Part shown: positions 55,254-61,112 of the stretch, piece by piece | How positions within the stretch are numbered: position 1 is the first letter of the stretch | Layout of the letters: each line of letters starts with the position of its first letter | NCBI GenBank assembly: GCA_964419675.1 | Contig: CAYQPN010000002.1 | Span: forward strand, 133,073 to 194,184 | Reading direction: 5' to 3' | DNA length: 61,112 nucleotides | Source: an uncultured Candidatus Saccharibacteria bacterium | GTDB taxonomy: Bacteria > Patescibacteriota > Saccharimonadia > Saccharimonadales > SZUA-47 | Translations under genes and position numbers: made by a program | Notes under the pieces: generated by a model | Database searches by the model: none | Told to the model about the DNA's origin: nothing | What the model saw: only the letters and a program-made list of their open reading frames with translations

Positions 55254-55348
55254 CAAAAAACGTTAATTATACTAACGGCCGTTAAAAACATTAGCGCATT
55301 GAAAAAATGCTAGCGTTGGGGGATACTGGGCTTTATGAGGGTTAACTT

Positions 55349-56971
55349 GTGAAGTTACTTTTCTCAATTTTTATCACCTTATCTATACTTGTTCAGTTTG
55401 TAGTTATTAGTCCTAAAAGCGCATCGGCTATCTCTGAAAACGTTTTAATTATGCAGTTGCAGACTGGTGGTGCCGGCACGGGCACGACTGCTCAGGAGTT
55501 TATACTTCTTTATAATAATTCTGACGTTGAGGTGAATGTTACGGAGTGGTGTTTGAGCTATAGCTCTGCCTCAAACGGGTCTACGTTTACGAAACTTGCC
55601 TGCATGGTTCCGCCCAACGCAACAACAGAACTTTGGGTTGAGGCTGATGGGTACGTGAGTTTTGCAACAACGGAGTTTATCACTGCTAACCCGGGCTTTG
55701 TACCAGACTTTACTTTCAGCTCAGCTGTATCCATTGCCGGGACTGGTGGGCATGTCAGGCTGGTTAACGAAACGGCTGTTGAGGTTGATAGAGTTGGTTG
55801 GGGTGGCGCTGTTGCGCCGGAAGGCTTAGCTGTTCCAGCGCATGCATCCGGGCAAGTATTGGGGAGAAACTCTCTGGAGGTAAATCTAGACACAGATGTA
55901 AATCTTGTAGGCTTTAGCTCAAGAGCAATACAGAGCTCTATAGTTAGTGGAATTTATGAAAAAGAAATAATTATAGATTCATGCCCAAATATAGCCGATA
56001 CACAAATTGTATTACCTGTTGGTTACCTCAAAGACGAATCGGGCGATTGTTTTGAAGATTTTTGCCCAAATCTTGATGGTTTACAGACCGTAGCACCGGT
56101 AGGCTTCTATAAACCGAGTGGAGAAGAAGATTGCATCGCTGTGCCTCTTGAAAACTCAATATTATTTATCACTGAGTTGTTACCAAATGCACCGAGCTAC
56201 GACACAGGGCAAGAATTTATTGAGATTTATAACCCAAACGCCGTCGTGATTAACTTAACTGGTTACAAACTACAGTTGGGCCCAAGTTTTACAACGCAGT
56301 TTACTTTTGCTAGTGGGATAATCGAGCCGGGTCAGTTTTTAACTTTTTCAGATACATTTACTGGGATAGTTCTGCCTAATACTTCCGCAACATCGGTTCG
56401 ATTAATTGCACCAGCTGGTAATTTAGCTAGCGAAACGGGGACATATTCTGACGCTGGCGATGACGTTTCTTGGGCTTTGGTTGAAGATGTTTGGATTTTT
56501 ACAAACCAGATTACACCCGGAGCTGCCAACAAACCGTATCTTGTTCCAGTAGAAAATGAAGTTCTGGGAGTTACAACCGTCTATGCTCCTTGCCCAGCAG
56601 GTAAGTATCGAAACCCAGAGACAAATAGGTGTAAGACTTCAGAAACTGCCGTTTCTCAACTTGTGCCGTGTAGTGAAGATGAATATAGAAACCCAGATAC
56701 AAATAGGTGTAATAAACTCAGTTCGGCCACCTCAAGTTTAGTGCCCTGCAAAGAGGGGCAAGAGCGAAATCCGGATACTAATCGCTGTAGAAATGAGTCA
56801 GTTTTGGGAGAAATTAGCGACCTTACAAAAGTAACTGATATTCCGGTTGAGTCGACAGAGGGTCGGGTAAACTGGTTTATAGTATCCTCAGCATTTCTGG
56901 GGGCTTTCGGTTACATGTTGTATGAATGGCGCTTTGAACTTAGGCAAAAGTTACTATTAGCTCGAAGGTAA
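55349..56971 (+). CDS. Surface protein with two lamin-tail-like domains, three Cys-bounded RNP.TNRC repeats and a C-terminal TM anchor
   Basis: GTG start and a signal peptide. LTD-like segments are VLIMQLQTGGAGTGTTAQEFILLYNNSDVEVNVTEW and LFITELLPNAPSYDTGQEFIEIYNPNAVVINLTGY. Repeats are PCPAGKYRNPETNRC, PCSEDEYRNPDTNRC and PCKEGQERNPDTNRC. Anchor is WFIVSSAFLGAFGYMLY. Confidence 0.65.
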   Translation: MKLLFSIFITLSILVQFVVISPKSASAISENVLIMQLQTGGAGTGTTAQEFILLYNNSDVEVNVTEWCLSYSSASNGSTFTKLACMVPPNATTELWVEADGYVSFATTEFITANPGFVPDFTFSSAVSIAGTGGHVRLVNETAVEVDRVGWGGAVAPEGLAVPAHASGQVLGRNSLEVNLDTDVNLVGFSSRAIQSSIVSGIYEKEIIIDSCPNIADTQIVLPVGYLKDESGDCFEDFCPNLDGLQTVAPVGFYKPSGEEDCIAVPLENSILFITELLPNAPSYDTGQEFIEIYNPNAVVINLTGYKLQLGPSFTTQFTFASGIIEPGQFLTFSDTFTGIVLPNTSATSVRLIAPAGNLASETGTYSDAGDDVSWALVEDVWIFTNQITPGAANKPYLVPVENEVLGVTTVYAPCPAGKYRNPETNRCKTSETAVSQLVPCSEDEYRNPDTNRCNKLSSATSSLVPCKEGQERNPDTNRCRNESVLGEISDLTKVTDIPVESTEGRVNWFIVSSAFLGAFGYMLYEWRFELRQKLLLARR

Positions 56972-56988
56972 AAATAGAACATCGCTAA

Positions 56989-57024
56989 TACACATATTAT
57001 ACGCTATAGCGTATAATATGTGTA
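56989..57024. repeat. 36-bp perfect palindrome, copy 3 of 3
   Basis: Identical 36-mer. It lies 17 nt after the LTD-protein stop and 24 nt before the ATG at 57049. Confidence 0.95.
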
Positions 57025-57048
57025 GATTGCCGAGTGTATAATCTAAGT

Positions 57049-57441
57049 ATGATTGAGCAAAATGTAGTTATTCCAAATGCAACAGCCAGTGCAGTTTATG
57101 AGGTGTTAATGGACGGCGAGATGCATTCTGAGCTTACAGGTGACATTGCAAAAATTGACCCGAAAGTTGGGGGTAAATTTACGACTTTTAGTGGTTATTC
57201 CGAGGGCAAAACTACAAGACTAGAACCGGAAAAGCTGATTGAGCAAACATGGCGGGCTAGCGACTGGCCTGAGGGACATTATTCAACCATCAAGTTCAAA
57301 TTATCAGATGTTGAAGGTGGTACGCAAATTCATTTTACGCAGATTAATCTGCCAGAAGGATCACAAAAAGAATTTGAAGCCGGCTGGCAGGATAATTATT
57401 GGAACCCGCTAGAAGAGTACTTTGCCGAAAAACCGTATTAG
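57049..57441 (+). CDS. SRPBCC-superfamily protein (AHSA1/Aha1-like domain)
   Basis: SAVYEVLMDGEMHSELTG ... GGKFTTFSGY ... EQTWRASDWPEGHYSTIKFKL ... GWQDNYWNPLEEYF. The track ORF extends to a GTG at 57034. The ATG at 57049 sits 6 nt after a TATAAT (57037-57042). Confidence 0.7.
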   Translation: MIEQNVVIPNATASAVYEVLMDGEMHSELTGDIAKIDPKVGGKFTTFSGYSEGKTTRLEPEKLIEQTWRASDWPEGHYSTIKFKLSDVEGGTQIHFTQINLPEGSQKEFEAGWQDNYWNPLEEYFAEKPY

Positions 57442-57447
57442 CTATAT

Positions 57448-57726
57448 TTAAGCCAAGCCGTAAAAACTCTCTAAAAGTTTATAGACAATGTATGCTGGCC
57501 AAACCCCTGCTTTCAAAAAACCAGTCACGACTGCACCAAAACCTACTGCGACTTGTAGCCAATAGACTAGCGAACCGACAAATCCCACACAGTACAACAT
57601 ACCGCCACCGCCACCAGGGTTTTTGTATCTATTTTTTTTATTCTTTCCCCAATCTTTCCAAAATTCAGGGCCACTCCACTTAGCATTAATCTCTAATTTG
57701 GGCTCTTCTGATTTATTTGTTCCCAT
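57448..57726 (-). CDS. Small membrane protein, unknown function
   Basis: Gly run followed by two hydrophobic helices (MLYCVGFVGSLVYWLQVAVGFGAVVTGFL, VWPAYIVYKLL). More protein-like than the overlapping plus-strand ORF at 57399-57683. Confidence 0.45.
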   Translation of the reverse strand: MGTNKSEEPKLEINAKWSGPEFWKDWGKNKKNRYKNPGGGGGMLYCVGFVGSLVYWLQVAVGFGAVVTGFLKAGVWPAYIVYKLLESFYGLA

Positions 57727-57983
57727 GATTGCTTCTGTTTATACACTTATTATAGTATATGAGTAAACTTTCATGATAACGCTAGTTAATAAGCCATTAG
57801 CGTTTAAGCTTCTTCAAAACGTTTTTTGTCAGCCAGCCACTATTCCATAACCGTGTAGTTAAGGTTTGGCCGGTTGAGGAAATTGCTAGTTATGCCAGGG
57901 CAAAGGGGTTGAAAGTGGAGTCGTCACGAATGGACGAGCACTATATCCACCCTCATGCAGCCTTGACTATTACTAAGAGCTAG

Positions 57984-58277
57984 CTACTTTTCAAGTAACC
58001 AACGCTGTGTCGGGCTCATTGATTTGTCGGTGCGGTGGATACAACCAGACCAACAACACGGGCGACGTACCCCTTCCAGTAGTTCCGTAATGGTTCGTTC
58101 TATGTGGTTTTTTCTGGTTTCGGGTTTCTTGGTTGTAATTGTCCAGCAAATCCATTCGTTGCGGGCAAGTGGAGTTAAATCTTCCCAGCGCTCTAAAACG
58201 CTTTCATCAGATACTAGTGCTTTATATAAATCGGCCGGAACTTCATGGGCTACACCAGAGGCAATTTTCTTCGTCAT
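57984..58277 (-). CDS. YdeI/OmpD-associated family protein
   Basis: VPADLYKAL ... WEDLTPLARNEWICWTITTKKPETRKNHIERTITELLEG.RRPCCW matches the family pattern as I recall it. Confidence 0.65.
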   Translation of the reverse strand: MTKKIASGVAHEVPADLYKALVSDESVLERWEDLTPLARNEWICWTITTKKPETRKNHIERTITELLEGVRRPCCWSGCIHRTDKSMSPTQRWLLEK

Positions 58278-58280
58278 ATT

Positions 58281-58538
58281 TTAACTGTCGGCGTCAGATT
58301 CCATTATTTTAAGTCTGGTGTAGTAATCTGGGATTTCCTTTAAGTGAGCCCAGGCAATCTTACCTGTGATTATTGGGTCGCTATTTGTTACATCTGTCTC
58401 AGGGTCGTTCGAACCGTGTTCTAGCTCGACAGCCAAACCCATCCTAAACTCTTCAATATTGAACTTAGTAAAGTCGATCCCAATACTAGTACCTATTTCA
58501 CGTGCTTCATCTTCTGAGAATATTTTTTTAGCGGTCAT
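58281..58538 (-). CDS. Small conserved hypothetical protein (DUF5661-like)
   Basis: FRMGLAVELEHG ... IAWAHLKEIPDYYTRL. Confidence 0.5.
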   Translation of the reverse strand: MTAKKIFSEDEAREIGTSIGIDFTKFNIEEFRMGLAVELEHGSNDPETDVTNSDPIITGKIAWAHLKEIPDYYTRLKIMESDADS

Positions 58539-58618
58539 ATCTATACTATAGCAAGAATATTATTGGTAGGTGGTGATATAGCGGTTCTTTCTGGTTGGGG
58601 CAGTTCAAACTAGATTGA

Positions 58619-59194
58619 TTAGTTGGCATCGACAGCAGGTAGTGATAACAGTTCTTCCAAACTGTTTATCTTACCTAATACTGATTCTGCAAGGTACCGT
58701 GCTTTTGGAGTTTTTTTAAGTTCGCGTATTTCTTCTAATGTCATAAATTCAATATCGATTTTTTCGCCAGAATCAAGGTCCTGATTGATTTGATTATCAA
58801 AATCTGTTGCAAGGAAAGTATACGAGAACCATTCAATCTTAGATTGGGGCTGCTCGACTCTTACTAATCGCCAAGTGTTAAACGCCATTCCAGTTTCCTC
58901 CAGTAGTTCTCTCTTTGCTGCATCAAGCTCGTCTTCAGCAGAAACATCGTGTCTACCTCCTGGCAAATCGTAAAACTTCTTGGAACCAGGTTGTTCTTGA
59001 TTTAAGACGACAATCATATCGTTTTTAACAGCGATAACACTTATTGTGTCAGGTCTTTTTAGCATTTCAAAAGTAGAGAATGTTCCGTCATACATTTTCT
59101 GTTGCCATTGATATGTATCAAAGATAATCCCTTTAAAGATACATTGTGCATCTTTAGGAACCAATTTTGCATTTTTAGGCAGGAATCTTCGCAT
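58619..59194 (-). CDS. NUDIX hydrolase
   Basis: Nudix box-like GGRHDVSAEDELDAAKRELLEETGM. Confidence 0.8.
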   Translation of the reverse strand: MRRFLPKNAKLVPKDAQCIFKGIIFDTYQWQQKMYDGTFSTFEMLKRPDTISVIAVKNDMIVVLNQEQPGSKKFYDLPGGRHDVSAEDELDAAKRELLEETGMAFNTWRLVRVEQPQSKIEWFSYTFLATDFDNQINQDLDSGEKIDIEFMTLEEIRELKKTPKARYLAESVLGKINSLEELLSLPAVDAN

Positions 59195-59294
59195 ACTTTG
59201 ATTATCTCACAAAACAGATTATTCAGTCCTTGGGCGGGGAAGTTAGACTCTAAAGCGGGAGCATACTTTGCAACTTAAACACTAATTTGTGCCA

Positions 59295-59708
59295 TTATTT
59301 AAGCCAGTTAAATTTTTCTACTGTTGAATTGTCATCAAACTCTAAGTAATTGTTGGTTATTTCTTCACCGGCTTTAATGTCTCGATTGGCAACAAATAGA
59401 GGTTCATCTGAAATCTCTCGATTTATCACTACACTTGTATTATGAGCAATGGGATCATGGTTTGTATAACAAGCAGGGTCATCTTCAGGTGGCATAACCC
59501 ACATGTCTGAAGTAGGTGAAAGGTAGGCAATTCGTTCTAAAATGGTTTTTCTAGTCTCACCCAGACTTTCAAATAGTGCTTTGGTCATTTTCTTATCATG
59601 GCCTTCTGTGTACCGCCAAACGATAGTGCCTTTTTTGATATCTACTATTGTGAACACGCCCTTACCGTCAATGGGGGATTCCTTAATCTCAAGCTGAATG
59701 GTATACAT
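59295..59708 (-). CDS. SET-domain protein (putative lysine methyltransferase)
   Basis: ESPIDGKGVFTIVDIKKGTIV, YTNHD and IKAGEEITNNY. Confidence 0.75.
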   Translation of the reverse strand: MYTIQLEIKESPIDGKGVFTIVDIKKGTIVWRYTEGHDKKMTKALFESLGETRKTILERIAYLSPTSDMWVMPPEDDPACYTNHDPIAHNTSVVINREISDEPLFVANRDIKAGEEITNNYLEFDDNSTVEKFNWLK

Positions 59709-59769
59709 GATTACATCATATCAAAGTCATTCCAGCTTAGGTCCCGGGGGCGGGGTGATGGGGCCAAAA

Positions 59770-60678
59770 TTAAACGATGGTGACTTGACTAGTTAGTTGC
59801 ATAGTTTGATGAGGTTGCAAGACTATTGAACTGTTTTTAAGGTTACCGTCAGAATCTAACGTGCGTCCGGCAAGAGGCTCGAAACATACCGTATCTGTAC
59901 CGGGACGATGCCAGATTAGCATTTGAACAGGGATAGCACCATCTGGAGATTCTGCGTGAGCTTCGATCTTCAAAATATCACCAGTTGGTAGGCGCAATAA
60001 TTGACTACCATCGAATCCTTCATAAAAGAATGAATTTCCTTCGCTAAGCTCTGGCCACAGATCTCTTATAGTACCAGTCTGAGTACTGCCATCTTTTCTT
60101 CTGACAGTGATATCGGTTGCTACCCCGGAACTGTCTAGCATCTCTATTTCAGGAATTTGTTGCTGGTCTACTTTAAAATAAAAATGTTCGCCAAGGCTAA
60201 GCCCTTCAGTTTCTTCGCCAAGTTTTACTACATCGTCAATAATCTGTAGGCCGTTGGGCAAAACCTGGAATGTCTTTGTGTGGCCAAGTTCATGTAGTCC
60301 ATCGCGGGCGCTTAACTGAGCTTCTGAGTGTATAGCGTGGTCTGTTTCGTATTTGAGATATCGAGACGCCCCGTGCTGTGGGCCAAACTCCGCCATACCC
60401 GCCGGTAACATGGTATGAGTTGCGTCAATCTTAACGGGCTGCTGGAAGTCGGTCCCCAAGTCTGGGCTTGTAAGTATTGTTTTTCCGTTAACACTTAGTC
60501 CAAGAATCATCGCCCCTTCTGGACGAATAAGTAGACTTGTGGCTCCCTCTTCTCCAGATGCTTCCAAGCTCAAGCTACTATATTCACGTTCGGTTATGCC
60601 GAAGGTTGTTTCATAGCTTATGCCATTTTGGAGTTCCGGGGTACTCATAGTGTATATTCTATCATAAAAACTGCTCAT
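59770..60678 (-). CDS. Aldose-1-epimerase/galactose-mutarotase-like superfamily protein (tentative)
   Basis: Beta-rich sequence. FGPQHGASRY resembles the HGFxR motif of hexose-6-P epimerase-like proteins. I trimmed the start to ATG 60678 because the track's N-terminal extension runs through a terminator hairpin and a tRNA fragment. The ATG at 60648 is also possible. Confidence 0.45.
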   Translation of the reverse strand: MSSFYDRIYTMSTPELQNGISYETTFGITEREYSSLSLEASGEEGATSLLIRPEGAMILGLSVNGKTILTSPDLGTDFQQPVKIDATHTMLPAGMAEFGPQHGASRYLKYETDHAIHSEAQLSARDGLHELGHTKTFQVLPNGLQIIDDVVKLGEETEGLSLGEHFYFKVDQQQIPEIEMLDSSGVATDITVRRKDGSTQTGTIRDLWPELSEGNSFFYEGFDGSQLLRLPTGDILKIEAHAESPDGAIPVQMLIWHRPGTDTVCFEPLAGRTLDSDGNLKNSSIVLQPHQTMQLTSQVTIV

Positions 60679-60731
60679 CGTCAATCTTGCTTCTTCGGAA
60701 AAGTTGGGTTTGAGGTTTAGTTCAAGAGTAT

Positions 60732-60757
60732 AAAAAAGACCCTCATGAATGAAGGTC
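60732..60757 (-). terminator. Intrinsic terminator-like hairpin on the minus strand
   Basis: The minus strand reads GACCTTCA-TTCA-TGAGGGTC followed by TTTTTT. In plus coordinates the stem is 60738-60745 / 60750-60757 and the A-run is 60732-60737. Confidence 0.6.
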
Positions 60758-60765
60758 GTTTTCTT

Positions 60766-61020
60766 TGGCTCCCGGGGCCGGAATACTAAGGTATAATTCG
60801 CCCGTCTTGCTGTAAGACAGCGGGAAATTAGCGAACTCGGCAACCTTCTGTCTTACAAAAGACAAGCCAGGACTAAGGGGCCGGGCAGCGGGCTAAAGCC
60901 CTTCTTAAGTTTGCTTGCAAAATGAAAATACCTGGAGACCAGGTGCTTTCTTTTGCTTCACTGCACTACGCCGAACCGCTTTTGTTTCACAAAAGTCCGG
61001 TTCTCGTCCGGCCTCCGGGA
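60766..61020 (-). ncRNA. Candidate structured non-coding element (~255 nt) bounded by inverted tRNA-Asn 3'-end fragments; identity unknown
   Basis: TCCCGGGGCCGGA (60770-60782) pairs with TCCGGCCTCCGGGA (61007-61020) as a 13-bp helix with one bulge. The minus-strand 3' end reads CCGGCCCCGGGAGCCA, which mimics the tRNA acceptor end. There are internal hairpins (CCTGG-TCT-CCAGG, GGGC-TTTA-GCCC, TGTCTT-TTGT-AAGACA). Terminator-like hairpins flank it on both sides. Confidence 0.3.
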
Positions 61021-61025
61021 CTAAG

Positions 61026-61049
61026 AAAAAAGCCGGTCAAAAGACCGAC
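61026..61049 (-). terminator. Intrinsic terminator downstream of tRNA-Asn (usable in both directions)
   Basis: The minus strand reads GTCGGTC-TTTT-GACCGGC followed by TTTTTT. On the plus strand the hairpin is followed by TTCTTTTCTT. Confidence 0.7.
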
Positions 61050-61058
61050 TTCTTTTCT

Positions 61059-61112
61059 TGGCTCTCGGGGCCGGACTCGAACCGGCAACCTCGAAGTTAA
61101 CAGCTTCTTGCT
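61059..61112 (-). tRNA. tRNA-Asn (GTT), 3' two-thirds only; the 5' part lies beyond the window edge
   Basis: The reverse complement reads ...GAAG-CTGTTAA-CTTC GAGGTT GCCGG-TTCGAGT-CCGGC CCCGAGA G CCA. The anticodon loop CUGUUAA gives anticodon GUU. The T-arm is perfect, the discriminator is G and CCA is encoded. Confidence 0.8.

Noticed and set aside
55273-55284. Palindrome TAACGGCCGTTA after comEC as an intrinsic terminator
   Set aside because: The stem is short, there is essentially no loop, and no downstream T-tract follows on the coding strand. The downstream LTD gene is probably co-transcribed or has its own promoter.
17776-57024. The three identical 36-bp elements as CRISPR repeats
   Set aside because: The copies are 33 kb and 5.8 kb apart and are separated by ordinary genes rather than short spacers. 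No cas genes are present, and perfect full-length palindromy is atypical of CRISPR repeats.
57801-57983. A stop-to-stop 60-codon frame ending ...VKVWPVEEIASYARAKGLKVESSRMDEHYIHPHAALTITKS that looks protein-like
   Set aside because: It has no ATG, GTG or TTG start until the last third of the frame. It is probably the 3' remnant of a decayed gene. I could not assign a family, so it is not reported as a feature.
60679-60843. The N-terminal 55 codons of track ORF 59770-60843
   Set aside because: This extension is translated through a terminator-like hairpin with a T-run (60732-60757) and through the tRNA-Asn 3'-end copy (60766-60782). The real start is more likely ATG 60678 or 60648.
60931-61020. 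A second, plus-strand tRNA: acceptor-like CCTGGAG / CTCCGGG pairing, an anticodon-like loop GTTTCAC (UUC, Glu) and a T-arm-like CCGG-TTCTCGT-CCGG
   Set aside because: It has no credible D-arm and a variable region of only 1 nt. The T-loop lacks the conserved purine-A at positions 57-58, and the overall length does not fit. I interpreted it as a degenerate tRNA-derived fragment.
60915-61100. The 61-aa plus-strand ORF in the tRNA-adjacent region
   Set aside because: Its translation is low-complexity and Arg/Ser/Pro/Gly-rich. It spans hairpins, the terminator and part of the tRNA gene, so it is almost certainly non-coding.
1-61112. Alternative genetic code (UGA recoding, as in some CPR lineages)
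   Set aside because: TGA terminates several well-delimited genes exactly where homologous families end or where the next gene starts, for example gtrA at 51736-51738 and the mazF-like gene at 18938-18940. All conserved genes are full length under the standard code.

Overview
This 61-kb window reads as a chromosomal segment spanning the replication origin of a small-genome, Gram-positive-type bacterium. The gene content looks like Patescibacteria/CPR, probably Saccharibacteria; this assignment is inferred from gene content only. The standard genetic code applies, because TGA terminates well-supported ORFs. Gene order, left to right: (1) 2-11338, a tightly packed type IV secretion-like module with a PrgI/VirB3-like protein, a VirB4-type ATPase, a giant polytopic protein with a hydrolase-like C-terminus, a three-domain peptidoglycan hydrolase and several anchored unknowns. 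(2) 11335-17702, the core origin block recF-dnaN-dnaA / oriC / rpmH-rnpA-yidC-jag. (3) 17.8-51.1 kb, a large cell-envelope glycan supercluster. It holds a mazEF module, a giant LPXTG-like SGNH surface protein, an O-antigen-ligase-like protein, gmd plus an rmd-like gene, wzm/wzt, two FkbM methyltransferases, several GT4/GT2 enzymes, a GtrB/CsbB-like enzyme, a Wzx-like flippase, a GT-C-like enzyme, GDP-mannose supply genes, glmS and a WbaP-like initiating transferase. (4) 51.2-57.0 kb, gtrA, a LexA-N-domain regulator, a UPRT-like protein and a DNA-uptake module (anchored DUF1524/HNH nuclease, a short ComEC, a lamin-tail-domain surface protein). (5) 57-61 kb, a tRNA-proximal run of small accessory genes, a structured non-coding region built from tRNA 3'-end fragments, and a truncated tRNA-Asn at the window edge. 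The most unusual signals are a 36-bp perfect palindrome present in three identical intergenic copies that spells TACACA-N17-TATAAT on both strands, the origin-adjacent T4SS-like module with no mobilisation genes in view, the nuclease-ComEC-LTD module, and the tRNA-fragment region. I recognised no rRNA, CRISPR array, transposase or integrase.
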